From a bacterium (lineage in GTDB: Bacteria > Patescibacteriota > Patescibacteriia > Patescibacteriales > GWE2-39-37), in the NCBI GenBank assembly GCA_037146995.1, contig JBAWWA010000002.1:67955-114563 (forward strand): a stretch of DNA of 46,609 nt. Reading direction: 5' to 3'. Shown one piece after another: positions 38,236 through 46,609 of this stretch (positions are counted from its first letter, which is position 1; every line of letters begins with the position of its first letter). A model generated the notes under the pieces. The model was not told the DNA's origin and did no database searches. It saw nothing but the letters and a program-made list of their open reading frames with translations. Both the position numbers and the translations under genes were made by a program.

Positions 38236-39240
38236 CTATAACTTAGCAATCAATAAATCCAAGCTAGTCGCCACATCACCCTGACCTGTCTTCCATCTAT
38301 ATTCAATCTGCACTAAATACCCAAAAATATTTTTTAGTGATTCTAGACTGAAATTTTTAACCTGCACCAACGCCTTTTGCACGACAAACGAGTGAATTTT
38401 CAAATCAGCCGAAATACTTGTCTGATTTTGTCCAACTTCTACCGCCTGCTTGACCATTAATAACACCCTAAACTGTCGCAAAATCATAGAGAACAAGTAC
38501 TCGGCAGACTGACCACCCTGTAAACCGTCATTAAAAAGTTTTAATGCTTTGGCTCGATCCCGTTGACTAATAGCATCCATTAGGGCAAAAATTTTATCCT
38601 CAAAAATACCCTGAACCAAAGTTTTAACATCAATGACCTCAATTATATTCTGACTCTGTCCTAATTTATAGCTGGCCAATTTATGAATTTCATTGGCTAG
38701 TTGCCACATGTCGCCTCCAGTTAAAGCAATAAGTAACTGCGCCGCCTCTAAAGAAATATTCACTTTATTAATACTTGCCTCTCTCTTTAACCAATCAAGT
38801 AGCTCCTTAGGCAAAAGACCAACATATTCTTTGCTATGTGGCTGAGCGACCAAAAATTCAAGTAATCTTTTTTTAAAATCAACACTTTTTTTAACAACCT
38901 GTTTTCCCTTAAAAGCACCTTTGTCTTTTTTTATCTCAAACTCATCAATCACAACCACCACATTATCGCCCGCAATTTGAGATCTGAGATAAACCTCGAT
39001 CGACTCAAACAAGGCCTCATTCTTGGAAGACATCAAGCCATCTATAACCAAAAAAACCTTTGGGTTAAACATTGACTGCGTACCCAAGCTTTCATTGAGC
39101 CGCGCCACATTCAGCTTATCCGCCTCCAGGGTTATCATATTTAAGCCTTGCTGGTCGTATTTAGCCTTGAATGCCTGTTTTAACTCGGTCAAACGCCGCT
39201 TGGCCAAGAAATTATTTTTTCCGTACAGAAAGATAACCAT
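38236..39240 (-). CDS. holA: DNA polymerase III delta subunit
   Basis: IFLYGKN, SMF, NEIHKLASY, IFALMDAI, HSFVVQK, KTG. Confidence 0.9.
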   Translation of the reverse strand: MVIFLYGKNNFLAKRRLTELKQAFKAKYDQQGLNMITLEADKLNVARLNESLGTQSMFNPKVFLVIDGLMSSKNEALFESIEVYLRSQIAGDNVVVVIDEFEIKKDKGAFKGKQVVKKSVDFKKRLLEFLVAQPHSKEYVGLLPKELLDWLKREASINKVNISLEAAQLLIALTGGDMWQLANEIHKLASYKLGQSQNIIEVIDVKTLVQGIFEDKIFALMDAISQRDRAKALKLFNDGLQGGQSAEYLFSMILRQFRVLLMVKQAVEVGQNQTSISADLKIHSFVVQKALVQVKNFSLESLKNIFGYLVQIEYRWKTGQGDVATSLDLLIAKL

Positions 39241-39309
39241 AGCTTGAATAATACTTTTTTTAATGATACTATTTTAGTATAATTAACTAACTTTAGCAAA
39301 CTAGCTATT

Positions 39310-39459
39310 ATGAACAAAGCCATTTGTCCGGTGTGCAATTCGGACGTAATCATTGATGACGAATCCGTAGAAGGCGACTTAGTCTTCTGCTCAAATTGTG
39401 AAATTGACCTCGAAATAACTACCCTGCACCCACCAAAACTAAGAGAACTAGAAGATTAG
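39310..39459 (+). CDS. LysW-like Zn-ribbon protein, 49 aa (absent from ORF track)
   Basis: MNKAICPVCNSDVIIDDESVEGDLVFCSNCEIDLEITTLHPPKLRELED*; two CxxC motifs, acidic; followed by a terminator. Confidence 0.8.
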   Translation: MNKAICPVCNSDVIIDDESVEGDLVFCSNCEIDLEITTLHPPKLRELED

Positions 39460-39462
39460 CTA

Positions 39463-39493
39463 TAAAAAAATCCCGCAGCTGCGGGATTTTTTA
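39463..39493. terminator. Bidirectional terminator
   Basis: AAAAAATCCCGCAGCTGCGGGATTTTTT. Confidence 0.82.
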
Positions 39494-39505
39494 TTAAAAT
39501 ATAAA

Positions 39506-40891
39506 TCACAATTCAGCCACTGCCTGCTTGAATAAATTACCGCGCTCTTTATAATTTTTAAACATACCGAAACTAGCACAAGCCGTGGACAATAGAACCA
39601 CGCCAGGCGCCACTGCCTGAACTTGAGCGATTTTTACAGCCTCAATGATATTGCCAACTTCAGCCATCTCATCTTCCCTGAAACCAGCCTTGATTAATTC
39701 ATTTTTGATTCTAGGCGTCGAATCACCGCGCAACAAAACTACAAAATTGCAGCTCAGCTTAACTTGCGCTGCCAGCTTTTTAAAATCAGCTTTTTTATCT
39801 GCTCCGCCGAGCAGCGGCACAATCGGTTGGCTAAATGAACGCAAGGCAATAATAGTTGAATCGGGCGTAGTGGCAAATGAATCATCAAAATATTTAATGC
39901 CACTCAACTCACGCACAAATTCAATGCGATGCTCCAGGCCTTTAAATTTTTTTACAGCTCTTTCCATAGCTGCATTCGGAATTTTTATAATTTTTGCCAC
40001 AGACTCGGCAGCGGCAATATTCTCTCGGTTATGCTCGCCAGGCAAGGCTGAAGCCAGGTCTGATTTTTCAAAGTAAATAATTTTTTTATTGCCTTGGCTC
40101 AAATTTTTAACTTTGCTCTTCAACTTACTATTAATGATTAAATATTTATTTTCCTCATTTTTAAAGATGTTTGATTTGGCCAACCAATACTGCCGCATAT
40201 CAGTGTGATAATTCGGGTTATTAGGGTCTGCTGGCGCCAAATGCTCCTCTGTAAAATTTGTAAAAACAGCCATCTTAGGACTATGTACCATGTCTTCAAG
40301 TTGAAAACTTGATAACTCCAGCACGACCCAGTCTTGTTTTTTGATTTTATCCAAAAAAGCAAACGGTGCGACGCCGATATTACCACCCAAATAAACACGG
40401 GACCTTTGACTTGTTTTAGCCTCATCATTTTGCTGACTCACACTCTCAAAACCCTCTTTCAAAATCGCAGTAATTAACGAAGATGTCGTGCCTTTACCCT
40501 TAGTACCAGTAACACCGACAGTATTAGTCGTTGGCAATACCTCAAGAAATAGATTTAGAGCGCTAGTTATTTCTATCTCCTTTTTTCGCGCCTTGCGTGC
40601 GGCCGTAATTCCAGGACAGCTCACAATCCAACCAGGTGATCGGAATAAAAAATCAAATTTGTCTAAATTTTGATTGAAGACAGGCCCTAGTTGCCAATGG
40701 ATATTTTTCTTTTTACTTAATTTGGTGTACCGCTCACCCAATTCTTCTGGATTACGTAAATCGCAAATTGTGATCTCTGCCTCTAGCTTATGCTTAATAA
40801 ACCAGGCCAGCAAAGCAGCGTTTTCTATACCTAGCCCCAGTAAAGCTATTTTTTTGCCGATTAATCTTTTTGGAGGTTTAATTATTGACAT
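39506..40891 (-). CDS. murD: UDP-N-acetylmuramoyl-L-alanine--D-glutamate ligase
   Basis: GLG, RSPG, GVTGTKGKGTT, GGNIG, ELSSFQL, GLEHRIE, DDSFAT, GGADK, ASFGMFKNYKERG. Confidence 0.96.
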   Translation of the reverse strand: MSIIKPPKRLIGKKIALLGLGIENAALLAWFIKHKLEAEITICDLRNPEELGERYTKLSKKKNIHWQLGPVFNQNLDKFDFLFRSPGWIVSCPGITAARKARKKEIEITSALNLFLEVLPTTNTVGVTGTKGKGTTSSLITAILKEGFESVSQQNDEAKTSQRSRVYLGGNIGVAPFAFLDKIKKQDWVVLELSSFQLEDMVHSPKMAVFTNFTEEHLAPADPNNPNYHTDMRQYWLAKSNIFKNEENKYLIINSKLKSKVKNLSQGNKKIIYFEKSDLASALPGEHNRENIAAAESVAKIIKIPNAAMERAVKKFKGLEHRIEFVRELSGIKYFDDSFATTPDSTIIALRSFSQPIVPLLGGADKKADFKKLAAQVKLSCNFVVLLRGDSTPRIKNELIKAGFREDEMAEVGNIIEAVKIAQVQAVAPGVVLLSTACASFGMFKNYKERGNLFKQAVAEL

Positions 40892-40986
40892 ATTGTTTAA
40901 ATTATACTAATATAAATTTTCGTTCGTTCATAGGCATTATACCACAAACCAGTCCAAAATTGGACGCAAACACAAAGGAGATTTTC

Positions 40987-41388
40987 ATGAAACTGCTCGT
41001 TACCGTATTTTTCTGCTTAACCATGGTCAACCCTACCCTTATTCTGTCACAAGACCAGCTATTAAGTAAAAGTGAATACAACTGCTCTGAAGTATTGGGT
41101 CTCAACTACATCGACGGTGAGAAACAACTCGGCGCAGAATTTCCAAAATCAGATGGCGCCAATCATCGTCTCGAATTTCGCATTTGCGGCATCAGCGATT
41201 CGGCCTTCAAGGGTTTTGGCGGTGACGGCAAATACGTCAATGCCATGATTGTGAACCCCCGCGGTCACAAATTAAGCGTTGGCTATCTCAAGAGTCTGAT
41301 TGATAAATACTCAAGAAGTGATACGCTCGTCACTCACGTGATTGTCGATCCACCACCCAGTTTAGCGAAAGAGCTGGAGTCAAAATAA
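40987..41388 (+). CDS. Secreted hypothetical protein (start revised to ATG 40987)
   Basis: AAGGAG SD; signal peptide MKLLVTVFFCLT; TTGACA-17-TAATAT at 40885; terminator at 41393-41426. Confidence 0.72.
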   Translation: MKLLVTVFFCLTMVNPTLILSQDQLLSKSEYNCSEVLGLNYIDGEKQLGAEFPKSDGANHRLEFRICGISDSAFKGFGGDGKYVNAMIVNPRGHKLSVGYLKSLIDKYSRSDTLVTHVIVDPPPSLAKELESK

Positions 41389-41424
41389 ACTAAAAGCCGA
41401 GAACAAATTCTCGGCTTTCTTTTT

Positions 41425-44202
41425 TTATTCCATCTCTCCCCAGTTCTTACCTGACTTTATATCTGCAACTATCGGCACCTTCAACTTGACCACGTTTTCC
41501 ATAATCTTTTTTATTTCTGGTGCTACTTTTTCCACTAAGTCATCGCGAACCTCGAAGATCAACTCATCATGAACTTGCAACAACATTTTAACCTCCTCTT
41601 CTTTGTAGTTTTTTTCTAAAAAATCCTCAACCTCAATCATTGCCACCTTGATCATATCAGCAGCCGTGCCTTGAATCGGCATATTTATAGCCATACGCTC
41701 GGCCGCCCGTTTAACTGCCAAAATATTCGAATTAATATCTGGTAATTGTCTTTTACGGTTAAACATCGTTTCGGCATAACCTTTTTGTTCGGCTGACTTG
41801 ATAGCACTATCTAGATATTTTTTAACGCCACTAAATACCACAAAATATTCATCAATAAACTCTTTCGCTTGCCAATACGGAATATCTGCAGCTTGCGACA
41901 AACCATGAGGACCCTGACCGTACAAAATACCGAAATTGGTCGCCTTGGCAGCTCGACGCATATCCTTGGTCACCTCATCTATTTCAACCTTATTTATCTG
42001 CGCCGCCGTTGAGGTATGAATATCAGCATTTCCTTTGAAGGCAGCGATCATTTTGGCATCAAGCGACAGATGAGCTGCTAGGCGTAATTCTATCTGTGAA
42101 TAATCAAGGGCTAGCAACTTATAGCCAGCTGGTGCCACAAACGCCTTGCGTACTTCTCTGCCCCAATCACTTTTAACTGGAATATTTTGCAAATTAGGAT
42201 CAGTACTCGATAACCGCCCAGTTGCAGCAATCGTCTGATTGTAGCTCGTATGTACGCGTCCCGTCTTTGAGTTAACCAGTAGTGGCAAGGCATCTAAATA
42301 TGTACTAGTCAACTTCGCTAACTCCCGGTACTCCTCGATAAACCTGACAATCGGATGCTCATCACGAATTTTTACCAACTCATCGGCGGCAGTCGACAAG
42401 CCTGTCTTGGTCTTGGCTATGCCCTGAGAACTTATGGCCAGCTCGTCAAACAAGACCACCTTGAGCTGTGAAGGTGAATTAACATTAAATTCATGGCCCG
42501 CCTCGTCATAAATTTCTTGTTCTAATTCCTTAAGTCTTATATGCAACTTGTCTGACAGGATTTTCAAAAAATTGACATCGAGACAAATGCCGCGCAACTC
42601 CATTTTTGTTAAAACCTGCATCAAGGGTAATTCGATTTTGTGATATAATTTTTCAAGCTTCAACGCCTGCATTTCCCCGCGCAATTTACTAACCAAGCGA
42701 TTGGTAAAATCAGCATCCTCACAACAATAGACAAACATCTTGCTAGTTGGCACCTCGGCCCACTCAAGCTTATCCTTACCCTTGCCTAGCAAATCATCTT
42801 TGGATATTTTCTCAAAATTAAAAAGTGAAAAAGCCAAATTATCAAGTCCATACTGCCTTGAGCCTGGATTGATTAAATATGCAGCCACCATCGTATCGAA
42901 TTCCACACCCTTAACTGTCACGCCATTTGCCTCAAGCACTGAAACATCATATTTAATATTATGACCGTATTTTTTGACTGCAGCGTTGGCAAAAATCGGC
43001 TTTAAATCGAGCAAAAATGGATTTACCTGATCTTTGTCCTCAACTGGCAAATCGAATATCGATGCCTGGATCTTGGACTGAGTTTTTTGATTTTTAATTT
43101 GGACATAATAAGCCTCACCCTCCTTAAAGCTAAAACCGATACCTAGTATTTCCGCATTGAATCTATCTAGCCCTGTCGTTTCAAGATCAAAAGTAAATGC
43201 CTTAACATTTTCAAGTTTTTTTAAAAATATTTTAAATTTTTTTTCATCATCAATTAACTGATATTTAAACTGTTCAGTATCACGAATAAATTTATCGGTC
43301 ACTAGACTTGTCTGACCATTTTTATTAATCAACTCAAAGAGCCTGTTTAACAATGAACGAAATTCCAATTCATTAAACAGTTTAACAATAGCTTCCTGGT
43401 CAAAATTATCAAACCTCGACGATTCAAGATCGAACTCGATTGGCGAATCAACTTTGATGGTCGCGAGATTTTTAGAAAGATAAGCCAGCTCCCTATGTTC
43501 AATTAATAAATTGCGGATTCTCTCTTTTTCAACTTTGCCAATATTTTTATAAAGGCCGTCCAAAGTACTATATTCTTGCAGCAGCTCAACGGCCGTCTTC
43601 TCACCAATACCTTTGACACCGGGAATATTATCAGATGGATCACCACGCAAGGCCTTGTAATCAATAATCTGATCAGGCCCTATACCATAACGCGTGCGTA
43701 CCGCCAATTCATCATACAAGACGGAGTCATTTAGACCCCGGCTCATCGTGTAAACCCTGGTATGCTCATTAACCAGCTGTAAGGTATCCATATCGCCAGT
43801 CAATATCACCTTGTCGATACTCTCATCGACTGTCCGACAAATTGTGCCAATGAGATCATCAGCCTCAAAACCACTCAGCTCATAAATGGGTACACCGAAT
43901 GCAATTGCTACTTCTTTGACTCGGCCAATCTGGTCATACAATTCTTGTGGGGCTTTTGTTCTTGTGGCCTTGTATGCTGCATATGCCTCATGACGAAAAG
44001 TTTTACCCTTTTTATCAAGAGTTAAAACCAAGTAATCTGGTTGTAAGTCCTTAACCGCCTTCATCAAAAAAGCTGTAAAACCGTAAACAGCATTAACTAT
44101 CTCCCCCGTCTTGGTCGTCATGGTGGTCGGCAGGGCGTGAAAACTGCGATGGATCAAGGCATTTCCATCAATTATTAATAATTTTTCTTTCTTATTAGAC
44201 AT
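41425..44202 (-). CDS. polA: DNA polymerase I with 5'-3' exonuclease, intact 3'-5' exonuclease and polymerase domains
   Basis: IDGNALIHR, EADD, GDPSDNIPGV, FDLETTG, HNIKYD, TGRLSS..PNLQNIP, DYSQIELR, QVHDEL. Confidence 0.98.
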   Translation of the reverse strand: MSNKKEKLLIIDGNALIHRSFHALPTTMTTKTGEIVNAVYGFTAFLMKAVKDLQPDYLVLTLDKKGKTFRHEAYAAYKATRTKAPQELYDQIGRVKEVAIAFGVPIYELSGFEADDLIGTICRTVDESIDKVILTGDMDTLQLVNEHTRVYTMSRGLNDSVLYDELAVRTRYGIGPDQIIDYKALRGDPSDNIPGVKGIGEKTAVELLQEYSTLDGLYKNIGKVEKERIRNLLIEHRELAYLSKNLATIKVDSPIEFDLESSRFDNFDQEAIVKLFNELEFRSLLNRLFELINKNGQTSLVTDKFIRDTEQFKYQLIDDEKKFKIFLKKLENVKAFTFDLETTGLDRFNAEILGIGFSFKEGEAYYVQIKNQKTQSKIQASIFDLPVEDKDQVNPFLLDLKPIFANAAVKKYGHNIKYDVSVLEANGVTVKGVEFDTMVAAYLINPGSRQYGLDNLAFSLFNFEKISKDDLLGKGKDKLEWAEVPTSKMFVYCCEDADFTNRLVSKLRGEMQALKLEKLYHKIELPLMQVLTKMELRGICLDVNFLKILSDKLHIRLKELEQEIYDEAGHEFNVNSPSQLKVVLFDELAISSQGIAKTKTGLSTAADELVKIRDEHPIVRFIEEYRELAKLTSTYLDALPLLVNSKTGRVHTSYNQTIAATGRLSSTDPNLQNIPVKSDWGREVRKAFVAPAGYKLLALDYSQIELRLAAHLSLDAKMIAAFKGNADIHTSTAAQINKVEIDEVTKDMRRAAKATNFGILYGQGPHGLSQAADIPYWQAKEFIDEYFVVFSGVKKYLDSAIKSAEQKGYAETMFNRKRQLPDINSNILAVKRAAERMAINMPIQGTAADMIKVAMIEVEDFLEKNYKEEEVKMLLQVHDELIFEVRDDLVEKVAPEIKKIMENVVKLKVPIVADIKSGKNWGEME

Positions 44203-44290
44203 ACTGGCATTTTCTCACAAAACTACAGCCTAGGCAAATAAAAAACCGCTCTCAAGCGATTTTTTAAAGTGTGTGTTTTAAGGTCTTTAA

Positions 44291-45499
44291 TTATTCTAAA
44301 ACCTCAATCAAATCACCCTGCTCACTACTTAAAACTTTTTCTGGCGCCAGTCCATGCACTGTAAAATAGCGCATAATAATAAAAGCGACCGTCAAACAGA
44401 ACGCCCCAAAAAAATACGGATAACTAAAATCCAGATTATACAAAAAGCCACCGACAATCGGACCAATAATCATCGACAGAGACAAAACAGAGGTCATAAT
44501 ACCCATAGCCTCTCCTCGCCTAGTTTCACCGGCTAAATTAGCAACTTTAGCGGAAGCGACAGCCCTTATAACCGTTTGTGTAAAAGCATTAATGATCAAG
44601 CCGGCAATAAAGACTGGCAAACTCTTAACCCCCATAAAAACAAAAGCTAAGGCAAAGAATAATAATAACCAAGACTCAAGAAAAGCTTGGGAGAATTTCT
44701 TTAGCCAAAAACGTGAAAGCAGTAAGCCCTGATTTAGGGCCATAATTATGCCCATACCAGTAAACATCAAACTAACATATGTTGCATTGAAGCCGAACAC
44801 CTCACCGACATACAACGCAAAAATAGTTTGCATCGTTGCGGTCGCTAGACCAAACATAAACCATGAAGCATAACGTGAACGCAAAACTCTATCATTTATA
44901 GCGGTAATTATTGGCCTAAAAGGATTAATCGAAATCCTGTCCCTATTGCGGTTGTGATTAGTCTCGGGCAGAAAGAAAAAGGCCATCAAAGCATTGATCG
45001 TCGCCAAACCGCCGACAAACCAAAATGGCAAAACATGAGAAAACTTGCCTAGAGCCGCACCTAGTATTGGGCCGATAATAAAAGCAATACCAAAGACTGC
45101 ACCGATCAGTCCCATATTTGCAGTACGTTCCTTGTCATCTTTGGCAATATCCTGAAGATAGCTTTGAGCAGTTGAGAAATTTCCAGCGGCTGAGCCATCG
45201 ATAATACGCCCGACAAAAAGAAACGGGATGCTCTTGGCACTGGCAAAAACCAACCAACCCACAGCCGAAGAGGCAATACTAATTATTAATGATGGTCTTC
45301 GACCGAATCTATCAGAAAATGCGCCGAGTATCGGTGCTGAAAAAAAGGCAAAAACCGAAAATACAGCGAACAAGGCCATTACCAAAGTTGGTGAAGCATC
45401 GAATTGCTTGACATAAAATGGTAGAATGGGAATTATCACACCCATACCAATTACATCAATTGCCACAGTGGCTAAAATAATTATTTTTTCTTTGGTCAT
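44291..45499 (-). CDS. MFS transporter, TetA/DHA1-like (start revised to ATG 45499)
   Basis: DVIGMGVIIPILP, motif A GAFSDRFGRR, GRIIDG, motif C GPILG, LPET. Confidence 0.92.
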   Translation of the reverse strand: MTKEKIIILATVAIDVIGMGVIIPILPFYVKQFDASPTLVMALFAVFSVFAFFSAPILGAFSDRFGRRPSLIISIASSAVGWLVFASAKSIPFLFVGRIIDGSAAGNFSTAQSYLQDIAKDDKERTANMGLIGAVFGIAFIIGPILGAALGKFSHVLPFWFVGGLATINALMAFFFLPETNHNRNRDRISINPFRPIITAINDRVLRSRYASWFMFGLATATMQTIFALYVGEVFGFNATYVSLMFTGMGIIMALNQGLLLSRFWLKKFSQAFLESWLLLFFALAFVFMGVKSLPVFIAGLIINAFTQTVIRAVASAKVANLAGETRRGEAMGIMTSVLSLSMIIGPIVGGFLYNLDFSYPYFFGAFCLTVAFIIMRYFTVHGLAPEKVLSSEQGDLIEVLE

Positions 45500-45546
45500 A
45501 ATTTTTAATAAAAAGGGCCCTTTTGTAAGGACCCTGAGAAAATCAT

Positions 45547-46023
45547 TTAAAGCTGCAAATCGATAACCACCACACCTCCTTGTGATAGTTCGCAACTATT
45601 TGAATTAACCGGCAAGACATTATTCAAAAACCAACTGGAAAATATTTGATAATCACTCATATCTCCGACATGGGTTATTAAGACCACATTATCATGGTCA
45701 GTTATGAGACCATTAATCAAGGCGACCAGACCACGCAAATTGCTTGGCTCGGAATTGTGGGGTTTACGAGAATTCAAAGGACTACAAGGAATCGGCATGT
45801 TTGTATCAAATTCGCAGGAAAAAAGATAGGCCATTTCCTGGGCACATCTAGTTGAAGCTGTCGCTATAACCGTCTTGCCATCAAGCATTTTGGTTTTGAT
45901 TTTTCGTGCTAGTTCCTTGACACTTAACCTGTCAAACTCCGATAGACCGCTACCACATTTGTGATTAAGCGGTTTTACCACCAATAATCGTCGACTATTT
46001 TCTGCTTCCGTCTTATCTGGCAT
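45547..46023 (-). CDS. Degenerate SixA/histidine-phosphatase-fold protein (start revised to ATG 46023)
   Basis: AAGGAGG SD; LLVV..LS...KELAR..VIAT...RCAQEMA..NVVLITH..LSQGGVVVID layout, but no RHG motif. Confidence 0.6.
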   Translation of the reverse strand: MPDKTEAENSRRLLVVKPLNHKCGSGLSEFDRLSVKELARKIKTKMLDGKTVIATASTRCAQEMAYLFSCEFDTNMPIPCSPLNSRKPHNSEPSNLRGLVALINGLITDHDNVVLITHVGDMSDYQIFSSWFLNNVLPVNSNSCELSQGGVVVIDLQL

Positions 46024-46184
46024 GTCCTGCCTCCTTAAAAAGAACTTAGCCCAAAATTGGGCAGGTCTCAAAAATAAAAAATAGCTCAATTTGTTTGAGT
46101 TATTTATTTTTAGACCGTAATTCAAAATAACATTTTTTTTAGAATAAATCAAGACTTCAGATGCCACAATAAAAGGCTAAATTA

Positions 46185-46213
46185 TTGACATTAATCGCAA
46201 ATATTAATAGTAT
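46185..46213 (+). promoter_or_regulatory. sigma70-type promoter followed by boxA-like GCTCATTCAAAA
   Basis: TTGACA-17-TAGTAT. Confidence 0.65.
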
Positions 46214-46268
46214 ATAGCCAGCTCATTCAAAAAAATCACGCTAAAATCATATCATAGGAGGGTGAAAA

Positions 46269-46609
46269 ATGACAAAACAAAACTTTGTAATGAATCATCA
46301 AGAAGTTGGGGACATCAGACTGGCAAGTTTTTTCCTCTATGAGCTTTTAACCAAGCTAGCGCCGTGTTTCAAGAATAAATTAGATCTCAGTTACGATTTT
46401 CGCATTACCCTAAATTGTCGTCACGAAATCGTGATGGCCATTTTTGAAAAAATACCGAATCCAAAACCATCAGTGAAAAAAGCCTATTTCAACGAGCCAT
46501 TACTGATTATTGAACAGGATTACAGCGATAACAGTTTTATTTTGTATGTCGACATCGAGCTTAAAAAAAATCAAAAAACTAAAAGTCGCATAAGCGACTC
46601 AATAAAATC
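46269..46609 (+). CDS. Hypothetical protein, truncated at window end (absent from ORF track)
   Basis: AGGAGGGTG SD; MTKQNFVMNHQEVGDIRL... open to the end of the window. Confidence 0.7.
   Translation, partial: MTKQNFVMNHQEVGDIRLASFFLYELLTKLAPCFKNKLDLSYDFRITLNCRHEIVMAIFEKIPNPKPSVKKAYFNEPLLIIEQDYSDNSFILYVDIELKKNQKTKSRISDSIK

Noticed and set aside
39506-39508. Alternative genetic code (TGA = Gly, as in Gracilibacteria/Absconditabacteria)
   Set aside because: All core genes are full length under code 11, and TGA ends murD at its expected C-terminus just before a terminator.
44291-45499. Bona fide tetracycline resistance gene tetA
   Set aside because: Only family-level MFS motifs are present and there is no tetR; the substrate cannot be assigned from sequence.

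Overview
AT-rich bacterial chromosomal segment that uses the standard genetic code: TGA is the stop of murD and is followed directly by a terminator. Gene content, SD-less housekeeping genes and the short metG and atpH suggest a Patescibacteria/CPR genome (inference). The core genes are a complete F1Fo ATP synthase operon (atpZ/I-B-E-F-H-A-G-D-C) followed by a GGDEF gene truncated at the window edge, then tatD, tsaC/sua5, cvpA, metG, rsmI, rpsA, recG, tRNA-Leu(TAG), ppsA, lgt, rpsT, holA, murD, polA and an MFS transporter. About a dozen orphan or accessory units are interspersed, densest at 22.5-33.3 kb, with one inserted antisense inside the atp operon. Three signals stand out. (1) An SF2 helicase is fused to six tandem ~72-aa Zn-ribbon repeats whose scaffold is conserved but whose 6-residue patch varies, and it has no nuclease domain. 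(2) The accessory units share an expression grammar that the housekeeping genes lack: TTGACA-17-(-10) promoter, boxA-like motif, strong Shine-Dalgarno and their own terminator. (3) A 'ghost' copy of the 5' half of tRNA-Leu lies upstream of the real tRNA and is interrupted by nested 26-nt palindromic elements. No CRISPR array, integrase, transposase or rRNA was seen. All product calls come from motif recognition by eye; no database searches were run.
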